64,000 nucleotides of DNA from NCBI RefSeq assembly GCF_018350175.1, contig NC_058369.1, positions 25,856,001 to 25,920,000 of the forward strand, written 5' to 3'. Within the stretch, counting starts at the first letter, position 1, and every line of letters starts with the position of its first letter. Position numbers and translations under genes: made by a program. Below the pieces are notes generated by a model. That model had not been told where the DNA came from and did not search any database. It worked only from the letters and a program-made list of their open reading frames with translations. Shown one piece after another: positions 53,223 to 63,172 of this stretch. This stretch comes from Felis catus (taxonomy: Eukaryota).

Positions 53223-53466
53223 GTATTACAGATGCCTTTATATTCATAGTTTAATATTCCTTAAATGTTGATTAAACTAAAACTGAATTTTTTTAGCAGG
53301 GAAAGGCAGTTATTTCCTAATGACCAAATATTGAAAATTTAGCATTTTACAGTGGATGTTGGTTTTATGATTTTACATCTTTTTTTTTGGCGATAGCAAC
53401 CATTTTGATATGTGTTATTTTTTAATTACCCTGGGATTTTATGTATATTTAATTTTTTTTCAACAG

Positions 53467-53538
53467 GCTTTAATAGATGAAGATAGACTCTTATCACGGT
53501 TAGAAGTTATGGGAAACCAATTACAGGCATGCTCTAAA
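53467..53538 (+). CDS. SLMAP: SLMAP coding exon (72 nt): ALIDEDRLLSRLEVMGNQLQACSK
   Basis: ttttttcaacag| ... AAA|gtaggt. Phase 0 to 0. Confidence 0.95.
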
Positions 53539-53619
53539 GTAGGTATTAATCTCAAGTAAGGATTCATAAAGAAAAAAGCATAAATTATGCATTAAAATGC
53601 ATAGTTTTTTGTGTAGCTT

Positions 53620-54540
53620 CATTTCTTTGTCATTTTGAGTACATTCTAAAACATTTATACATTTTCCCCATTCTTTTAAGTCTTTTGTCATAAGAAATTC
53701 CAAACATACATATAAGGACAGAATTGTATATTGAATATCCATGTATAACTCTCTTTTTTCTATCGCAGTTGATATTTGCTGGAGAAACTGGGTCATTTGT
53801 CCTCTATAATTTCCCTCAACCTAGACTGTTATTTAACGATTCTTCTAGCTCCCCTCCCACACCATAAATTGGTAGTTTGATCTAGAGATTTGATCTGATC
53901 TCTTTTTTGCCAACAATACTTCATGAATAGTATTGTGTACCTTCACCAAAAGGCACCATAATGTCTAGTTGTCCTTCTTTCTGAAATATTAGCAATCTTT
54001 GATGTCCCTTGCCTAATCCATGATTAAGGGTTGCAAAAATGGTTAGGTTTAGTGCTGTCATTCCTTCATTTATAGCTGGGTGACTTCTATGAATACTTCT
54101 GTTATGCCCCTCTCAAACTATTTTGTTACCTGAAGTCTTTTTTTTTTTTTTTTTTTTTTTTTTAGGGAAGGCAGGATAAGTGATTTTCTCTTGTTATTTA
54201 CTGGATTTCAAAATAGTGAATTAGTTCTTTGTCATACACCAAAGAATGACCACGAAGTGTTTTTCTTTTCTCCAAACTAGAGTTAAATATATTTCATGTG
54301 TTTCAACCTATTCCATTTGTTGTTCTTATTGTTGTTCAAATTATCCCATCTTTGGTGAACCATAGCTTTTTCAGTTTGGTGCCTGAGTTCTTTTGGTACA
54401 GTCTCAGCAGGCTTTCATAGCTTCCTGCTGTCATTTTAGACAAGATGTTCCAGACTCATCTTGTACATTTCCTGCCTCTGGAATCAGCTTTTTCTTCTGA
54501 GTACTCTTATTCCTTTGGTTTAACCATTGTGTTAAAATGC
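53620..54540 (-). mobile_element. Ancient L1 (L1ME/MC-like) 3' fragment
   Basis: Motifs agatgttccagactcatcttgtacatttcctgcc and gaaactgggtcatttgtcct. Confidence 0.6.
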
Positions 54541-54888
54541 TGGGCCCCTTTGAAAGTAAGAGATCATTTTTGTACACAAATGGAAATATTGTGGCTTACA
54601 GAGAATATGAAAACTGGAGACTCAATTCATTTTGTACATTTGAGAAATTCTTATTTTCCTTTGACTTTTTTAATTGTAAATGTGAATTAATATATTTGTG
54701 AAGGCATAATTCACTAATGAAACTTTTCAATACAGCTTCAAGCTTCAGTTAATACAAGGCCAACATCATTTGGATTTAGTGATACCTTAATATAAAACTC
54801 AAAGAGTATAATAATGTGTTGTTCTTTCAAATGATAAATACTTAAAAACAATAACTTGGTTATAATTATAAGTATCTTTTAATCTTAG

Positions 54889-55029
54889 AATCAAACAGAA
54901 GATAGTTTACGGAAGGAACTTATAGCATTACAGGAGGATAAACACAACTATGAGACGACAGCCAAAGAGTCCCTGAGGCGGGTTCTTCAGGAGAAAATTG
55001 AAGTGGTTAGAAAACTTTCAGAAGTTGAG
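54889..55029 (+). CDS. SLMAP: SLMAP coding exon (141 nt): NQTEDSLRKELIALQEDKHNYETTAKESLRRVLQEKIEVVRKLSEVE
   Basis: ttttaatcttag| ... GAG|gtattt. Phase 0 to 0. Confidence 0.95.
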
Positions 55030-55546
55030 GTATTTTAATTTAACAAATATACTTTGGTAGTATGATTAAAAATTTTTAGCCTAAAATTGCTCATATTCTA
55101 GAACATTTTAAACTTGGGTGTTATATTACTAGGAAATATTTCCCATCTATCAAGTGGGAAGGGGTAGTATGCTGTTTTTATTGTTAGGGATTTTCAGCAT
55201 AACCATGTGAGTTTTGGTGCTTGTGGTCCCTAGTCAGTGACTGGGCAAATAAAAGGCTAATCAAGGAGTCTTAGAATTTGCATTCTGCTTAGGATTCAGT
55301 CTTCACACAGTGGACCATGATATGTGCCAGGGAATCGATCTCCTGTCACCTAGTTTTGTTTTCCTTCAAATTGAGGATAGTCACTGTAAGGTGGAGAACA
55401 TCACCACTATTCTTATTTACCCATCCTCTAGAGAAGAAAACTGTGTCTAACTTTGGAGGTCAAAGGGGAAAATATCTCTACGGTCCTTTCTGGGTCTTTT
55501 AGAAACAATCAAAATGTGATTCTTGCTTTAAAAATGACCTAGTTGA

Positions 55547-55762
55547 GGGGCGCCTGGGTGGAGCAGTCGGTTAAGCGTCCGACTTCAGCCAGGTCACGAT
55601 CTCGCAGTCCGTGAGTTCGAGCCCCGCGTCGGGCTCTGGGCTGATGGCTCAGAGCCTGGAGCCTGTTTCCGATTCTGTGTCTCCCTCTCTCTCTGCCCCT
55701 CCCCCGTTCGTGCTCTGTCTCTGTCCCAAAAATAAATAAACGTTGAAAAAAAAAAATAAAAA
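55547..55762 (+). mobile_element. Young felid SINEC_Fc-like element
   Basis: Perfect 18-bp TSD taaaaatgacctagttga (55529-55546, 55763-55780); CpGs intact. Confidence 0.95.
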
Positions 55763-56347
55763 TAAAAATGACCTAGTTGATAGTGGAGGTCATCCCTTTG
55801 AACCACTGCACAATTATACAGAAGTTACTGGATTTAGTTAAAATGCCCATTTTAAACACAATAATAAAAATACCATATATAGTACATACTATATAGCATA
55901 TAGTATAGTAATAGTTTCTGTAAAAGCCTCATCCCATAATAACTAATTCACTTCCGTGTCATTAATTTGACATGCAAGAAAGTTGCTAGTTGTCTTCTAT
56001 TTTTCTTATTAAGTTGATTGTGCATATTATTAAACTTGCTTTCAGGAATTGTTAAGCTTAAAATATTTTCAAGGCTAAAAGTCATTCTCAGTGGCCTTTT
56101 AAAAGAGTAGTTATATAAAAGTAACATCCTTTCCTCCCTGCCCCCTTTCTGTTGTTTCGTTTTTCAAATTTTTTTGTTGTATTTTCTGTTTTAGTATATA
56201 CCTAAAGTAAATTAAAATTCTTATGTTATTTAGCTCAGTCTTATATGAAGGTTAATTTAGAACAGCCCATAGAATTATACTTTTTACAAGTTGAAGTTAA
56301 AACACGCCATTTATTCTAAATCAGTAATCTGTAAACTTGAATTACAG

Positions 56348-56485
56348 CGAAGTCTGAGTAATACTGAAGATGAATGTACCCATCTGAAAGAAATGAATGA
56401 ACGGACTCAGGAAGAATTAAGAGAATTAGCCAATAAATATAATGGAGCAGTAAATGAGATTAAAGATTTATCTGATAAATTAAAG
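56348..56485 (+). CDS. SLMAP: SLMAP coding exon (138 nt): RSLSNTEDECTHLKEMNERTQEELRELANKYNGAVNEIKDLSDKLK
   Basis: gaattacag| ... AAG|gtatgt. Lies within ORF 56291..56506. Phase 0 to 0. Confidence 0.95.
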
Positions 56486-57555
56486 GTATGTATTTACTCA
56501 ACCTGAAAATATGTTAATTGTCCCTAACACACTGGATAGATTAAGATGTTAGGTATTGCTGAATAGTTGTTGATATAAAATTTATAATGGTTGAAATTTG
56601 TAGTAAAAATAAGTTTCCATTTAGCCCAAACCCCATTGCCAGAGACAGCTGAAAGACTGTAAAAGCTGACATATTTCCTTTGGAAGGAAATAAATAGTAC
56701 TTCACAACATGCATCTTTTAATATATAACAGGAAGTAGATGCAAATCCACAAACCCCAAGATATTTAGACCTTTTAAAAACTTGAATGTGCTTCTCCTTG
56801 GGCAGCCCCAAAAGCAGATGTTAGTGCTGGAACAAGCCCTGAGGGGACCTTGGAGTGATCTGCAGTGGACCCTTGTAGCCTCTAGGGATGCTGTTAACTG
56901 CTTCAGCTGCAGCTCCCTGTAGATTAGCTGTAGGACGTTTAGGATAAGGGCAGACCAGACCATAATGTCTAGATGGTCCTTTAAAATGTTATAACTGAGT
57001 TTGTGAAGTCCCATCTTTATATCATTCAAACCATGATTCAGTGGCTAGAAGATAAATATTTCTTAGAGAAGACCAGGGCATCCTCTGTGTGGTTGGCGAA
57101 CCTCTAACAGTGTTATTAAAGATTGGTCTTGTTAAAAGGAGGTCATTTTGAAAAGTGCTTATGATCATCATTCCTTCAACTGAACACAATTTAGTTTAAA
57201 ATTTCAGAGTAACTTACATTTTAGAACTTACAAACTGATTAAACAATAGTAATTTCAGGGGAAAACTTTATATATTTCCCTCTTGAAAACTGTGGAGTTT
57301 AAAATTTTGACCCATTATCTTTACGTCTTAGGCCTGCTTGCCTGCTACAAGGTTTTCTTTTCTAGTTACCTAGAAGCATGACCCCAATGCAGACTACTTC
57401 TGACATCATTTTGACATTTATAAATATGTTCTATAATATTGAATATTCTTGTTAGAAGTTTATGTGAATACAAGCAGCCCTGCTTTGGGCCTCTAAAAGC
57501 AAGTTCAGACTATGAAATAACCGTTTTTTTTTTTTTTTTTTTTCTTTCTCAACAG

Positions 57556-57724
57556 GTAGCAGAAGGAAAACAAGAAGAAATCCAACAGAAGGGACAAGCT
57601 GAGAAAAAAGAATTACAACATAAAATAGATGAAATGGAAGAAAAAGAACAGGAGCTCCAGGCAAAAATAGAAGCTTTGCAAGCTGATAATGACTTTACCA
57701 ATGAGAGGCTAACAGCTTTACAAG
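57556..57724 (+). CDS. SLMAP: SLMAP coding exon (169 nt): VAEGKQEEIQQKGQAEKKELQHKIDEMEEKEQELQAKIEALQADNDFTNERLTALQ
   Basis: Long T tract then ctcaacag| ... CAAG|gtaagt. Phase 0 to 1. Confidence 0.96.
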
Positions 57725-57811
57725 GTAAGTTAGCTAATCCAGAAATTGATTTGATTTGATTTTTTTTTCTTTTATCTGTGAAATACCTTTTTCTTGGACT
57801 TTTATTTACAG

Positions 57812-57862
57812 TACGGTTAGAACATCTTCAGGAGAAAACTCTTAAAGAATGCAGCAGCTTAG
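57812..57862 (+). CDS. SLMAP: SLMAP symmetric cassette-type exon (51 nt): (V)RLEHLQEKTLKECSSL
   Basis: tttatttacag| ... TTAG|gtaggt. Phase 1 to 1, after an 87-nt intron. Confidence 0.92.
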
Positions 57863-58007
57863 GTAGGTGTGTCACCAAATTTCTTATTTAAAGCTGAATT
57901 TTTATCATTGAACTTTGGTATTTACTGTCTCATTGGGTACTTATTTTCTGTGTATTAGGTGGAGTGTATCCACACTCTTAGAAAATTTTCTTTAAAAATA
58001 TGCTTGA

Positions 58008-58026
58008 TTGCCACCAGTGGGCACCA
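58008..58026 (+). promoter_or_regulatory. CTCF-like motif
   Basis: TTGCCACCAGTGGGCACCA, one mismatch to the core consensus. Confidence 0.4.
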
Positions 58027-58323
58027 TTGTTTAGGCTTTAAGATGAAATTTGTGCGTCTGAGAAGCTCTACTTAGAGATATTTAAATAAGGAAAGTACAA
58101 GCCCCGCAGGATTCTTTTCTTTTGAGGTTCATTGCAAGGCTTCTAGGCAGTTGTAGCTTTTTCTCTGAGTGGATAGAAAATGGCCCGTTGAACCCTTCTT
58201 GGAAAAATAAATTCAAAGTGTTCTATACTGTCTTAATGCAAATAGGAATACAAAAATGCCGTGAGACCAGTTTTAAAGTAACTCTTTCTTTGATCAGGCA
58301 ATGATACACTGTCTTAATCCTAG

Positions 58324-58374
58324 GGATACAAGTTGATGACTTCTTACCTAAAATAAATGGGAGCACAGAAAAAG
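58324..58374 (+). CDS. SLMAP: SLMAP symmetric cassette-type exon (51 nt): (G)IQVDDFLPKINGSTEK
   Basis: tcttaatcctag| ... AAAG|gtagtg (weak donor). Phase 1 to 1; matches the recalled SLMAP peptide. Confidence 0.9.
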
Positions 58375-60493
58375 GTAGTGTAAAAAACTTAAATGTTTTT
58401 CTTTCATGGTATCCTTTTACTCCTCAAGCAGGATAGAGAGATCAGCATTTTAAGGTTTTCATTTTTTGGAACAAAAAGCATGCTGTTCATAGACCATTGA
58501 ATCCCAGCTTTTAAAAAAAAGCTTCCCTTTATTTTGTAATTCTTAATGCTATGATTTTTGGTTAGATATCCCTTATTATATGGAAATTTTAATTATTTAA
58601 ATAAAGGAAACTGCTAAAGTTCAACGTTAGCATTGGTTTATATATATATAGCATAATAATTGGTTTCTCCCCCAATATATTTTTCAAAGAACTCTACTAC
58701 CATTTTCTTCCATCAAGTACTGCTTCCTGGGAATATGGGGCCTCTATTTTTAATGTTTGTGTCATGCCCCATCCCAGGCCAAGAGTTTACTTAACAGCCC
58801 ACTGAGCTCTTGGATATGTCATAGAAGCTACTTTCTTTATAGTGTACATCTCTTTGTTTAATCAGAGAAAGCAAGGCCAGCCATTTCTGTTCTCTGAAAA
58901 ATCCTTTATTAGTTCTTGATACTGTGACCTTTCTTTCTGGATAGCTTGCATTATCTCTTGCCAAAAATGTATAGCCACTATTGGTTTTCTTGTTACTGCA
59001 TGGGGTACTTTTTACCCATTGACTTGTACATTCCTTCAGTTGTGAAGATCCCCATTCACCCTCCCCTTTCCATCCATCCAACATTAATTGAGCACCAACT
59101 ATGTGCCAGATCCTGCATTAGACGCTTGAAGTGCAGAATGAATAAAATTATTTTCTGTGTTTACAAATATGTGTACCTCTGATCTTAGTTTTTATATAGA
59201 AGTAAGTGGAAAATGTTAAGGTCGATACTCAGAACTTCTAATTAAATTTTTTTTTTTTTTCATGTATCAGGGGATAGCTTTATAGTTCTTGGGCAGCAAC
59301 CAATTCTGATAAAGTTAGGAGGTGCTTTTTTTTGTTCTTGTTTTTGTTTGTTTGGTTTTTAATTAGGAACTGGCAAAATAGGCTTAGGTAATCATGTATA
59401 TGTGAGCTTGCAAGCTCAAGACCTAATAATATTACATATGTTCTACAAAAAAATCTCGAAACTCTAAATTAGAAATTATTGTCATTAATCATTGTTGACT
59501 ATTCTGTATATGTTTTATAAACTACATCGATATTTTAGAATTCCAGTTTGAGTTTCGATTTGAGAATTTTTAAAGGTGTAGTTTATATTCTAATATTACT
59601 AATTTTATTAATATTACTAATATTTCTGTTTATTAACTATATTTAGTGAACATATATAAAATGACTTAATCCTCATTTTCTAAAAGTTTGTTATCATTAA
59701 ATGAATTTTTATTTTTTGTTGTCATTATTTGCCTTTTTTTCCTCTTTCTGGCATGAACACGTTTTATTCCAATCACCAGTTTGATTGGCGCATGTATTTA
59801 TTAATAATGTTAGTGTTAACTCAAGCTGGGGACATGCTATTCCTTCAGTTAAGAGAACCCTTTAATATACACGAAATCATCTTTATACTATTTAGAGTTG
59901 TCAGATTACTGCTAAAGTTTTTTTGTCAATTCCAATTGAGTTAGATGAGAATAGTTGTAGACAACTCCTTAAGACTGAATAAGGTATTTTGGATACTTTA
60001 AAGTACTTCTTACTGTAACTTTTCCCTTGCTGGTATGTTTGGTTTTTTAGTGATGATAAATCGTTGTGGGGATGACCAATAGTATATCTTTAATGAAACC
60101 GAATAGTAAATATCTTGATATGCACAAAAACTTCATTACACCAGATTTAGCATGCAGTGGATTTTGGGAGTAAGATGGATTTGTTCTGAATCATTTGTTA
60201 TAGAATAGTAAACCAGTTATCCAGCATTCCAATATTACCAAAAATCCATAACCGTAATGTGCTATCAGATATGACTTTAACTAAAATTAGTCTTTAAATA
60301 GTAGAGAGCCAAGTATAGTTGTAAGAGAATATTTTAAAAATGTCTGGAGATGTTAAGATTAATACTATGTATCTAGTAAACTATTTTTCAAATTACTTAA
60401 ACGTAAAGTAGCTGCTACAAGCATAGGTTTTATACTATAAAATTTTTGTATCTTATCTAATAATTGTAATTTGAATATATCTTAGTATAGAAA

Positions 60494-60823
60494 AGCACTG
60501 TCTAATAGAAATATTATGGGAACCACATACATAATTTAAAGTTTTCTGGAAACCACATTAAAAATATAAAAAGAAACAGGTAAAGTGTTAATAGTGTATT
60601 TTAATAATGTTATTTACTTTAACCTACTATATCCAAAATATTCTTTCAACATGTAATCAATATTAAAGATTATAAATGAATTATTTCACAACCTTTTTCC
60701 TTACTAAGTCTTTGAAACCAGTATGTAGTTATTTTACACTTACAATACATCTCAATTCACACTAGCCATTTTTTCAGGGCTCAGTACCCACATGTGTATT
60801 GAACATGTGTATTGGACAGCACA
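60494..60823. mobile_element. MER33-like hAT-Charlie DNA transposon
   Basis: Ends agcactgtctaatagaaa / tattggacagcacag are TIR-like; the interior matches recalled MER33. Confidence 0.8.
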
Positions 60824-61574
60824 GATAGTATAGACAATCAAATTTTATAGGAAACTAACGTGTATAAATAAACCCATTTTAAGTAGCACAGTTCTCTATT
60901 ATGTTTCTGTATCTGTCTGGTCTTTGCATTTCCACAACCCTGTTTGGGATCTTACAACCCTGCTTCCCTGCCCCCTGACTTCCCCGCCCTAAGTATCTCA
61001 TTTTTTTTGGATTTTCAGTGACATCTTTTATAGTTTTGGCAAAGTGAATTCCCAAGGAACTGAATTCAAGTCATCAAGTATTAAAAGTGTCATGATCCAA
61101 ATTCTTTACATGTACTATCTAAAAGATTTTTCTCTCATGTGTCTTAGAAAATGCCTTTATAGAAGTCATATATGTATAACATATATAATAATATATTAAT
61201 CTTGAATTTTATCTAAACTAGTATAATAAATATTTTAATGTAGGGTCCAGATAGTAAAATCAGAGTAGATAAAAGGGTGATTTGAGGCTTGATGAGTAAT
61301 GGTGGGAGGTACCGCATTAATAAATGTCATCTAAAGTCCTGTGTTGATAGTCTGAAATTTTGTTTCAAATAAGTTCCATAAGGTCCTTTAGGTTAAAATT
61401 TGGTTTCAAATGAGTTTTCATATTTAACCATGATGTTGTATAGTTGGAGTTCTGAAAATGTTAGCTTAGATAGGATTTATGTAAAACAACTTTTGATCTT
61501 GGTAATTGCTATTCAACTGAGGGGCTTCTGTTTTGGATTTCTTGGCTCCAGTCAGCAAGTGCTATTTATTAGAT

Positions 61575-61791
61575 TTTTTTTACTTTTATCTTTTGTATTA
61601 TTATTATACATAGAGAGAGAGAGTACACACACAAGCAGGGGAGAAGGGCAGACGGAGAGAGAGAGAATCTTAAGCAGGTTCCACGCTCAGCATGGAGCCC
61701 GATGTGGGGTTTGATCCTACGACCATGATATCATGGCCTGATCTGAAATCAAGAATTAGATGCTCAACCGACTGAGCCGCATAGGTGCCCC
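61575..61791 (-). mobile_element. Can-SINE
   Basis: Antisense SINE body ending in ggtgcccc. Confidence 0.9.
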
Positions 61792-63109
61792 TAGGTTTTT
61801 AAAAAAATTTCTGTTGCAGTTAGCCATTTTTTTCCTTTTGGGGCTATATTTTATCTGTATATAGTATAACTCTATAACTATGCAATTATGTACAACTATG
61901 TACACACATTTATTACATATATATACATATATATACATATATACATACATATACATATATATAAAATTATTGACTGGAAGTTCTGTGTACCATGTAAATA
62001 GATAAAAGATAATGATAGATTCGAGTATGAAGGTAAAGAAGATGTCTATTGATAAGGATGTCAAGAGAAGCTAACCAGTGATTAGAGTAGGAGATGCCTG
62101 ATTCTCAAAGTTGAGATGATGAGAGTGAGATGGGTTGAAATGAGAAGGAAAAGAGGCTTTCACAGTCAGAGTGGTACTAACTCATGTCCTCTTTCACAGG
62201 TTTCAGTGCTTTCCCACCTTCCAGATAGTCATCATATTGTGATATATTTTTAACACCTGAACTTCCAAAGTCTATTTAGTAGTTTTGAAAAATCCAGAGA
62301 TATAATTGAAAGATGTTATCCAGATTTAGAAGTTAGCTCTCTGAGTCAAAATAGATAAAGATTATTGTAAGAAAAGAGCTGAAGCTTTTCTCTACTGTTA
62401 GATTTTGATTCTCTTTACTCTTAAAGAAAACCAAAACAAATTATGTTTGACCTGAACAAAACCATTTTCCAAGCTCTTATTTTAAAATATGCATGACATT
62501 GATTTTAATCATTTGGGCAGAGATAAGCAGTGTAATATTTTGAGAGTATAGAAAGTACAGATTAAATGGCTCAAATGCAAGGTTATTTGTGAAATGAAAG
62601 TACAAAAATGGAAATGTTGCATTAGTTTCTTAAATTTGGGGGCATTATTTTGTGGTAGTCTTCAAATATTTATCTTTTGCCTCTTAAGAAGAATAACTTT
62701 GAAGAGGGACTGTTAGAGAATTGTTATTTGACAATTAATTCAGTAAGAACAAATAATAAAATTTAAAAATTATTTATAGGTATTTATTAAATGTCATGGA
62801 GAAAGGTATATTTTAAAAGAGAAGCTTTTTAAAGCAATATATGTCTATGGTTTTCTTGAGCTCTTTGGATAGAAACTGCACCTTTAAAAGCTAACCAGTC
62901 AGGGTACAAATTAATGAATATAATTATAATTTTCAGTCATTTAGCTTTATTAACTCTAAAATATGTCTGCTATTAATATTAAAAATATATTAAACTTTTA
63001 TGAATCTTAGAGTTACTCATGTCAATACATTTCAGTTTTCCTACCTTTGCTGTTGTTATTCAAAAACAGCAACAAACTATATCCTTAAAGGTGTTTCTTT
63101 CTTTATTAG

Positions 63110-63172
63110 AGCACTTGCTTTCAAAGAGTGGCGGGGACTGCACTTTTATTCATCAATTCATAGAATGCCAGA
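63110..63172 (+). CDS. SLMAP: SLMAP symmetric cassette-type exon (63 nt): (E)HLLSKSGGDCTFIHQFIECQ
   Basis: ttctttctttattag| ... CAGA|gtgagt. Phase 1 to 1; lies within ORF 63019..63234. Confidence 0.92.

Noticed and set aside
57553..57562. Tandem acceptors CAG-GTAG-CAG and an AG|GT recursive-like junction
   Set aside because: The downstream AGs are at +4 and +7 and shift the frame; the reconstituted donor GTAGCA is weak and the intron is short.
58280..58323. Alternative acceptor gatcag (58297), 26 nt upstream of exon 58324
   Set aside because: Its use gives an in-frame TAA, and nothing in the sequence shows it is used.
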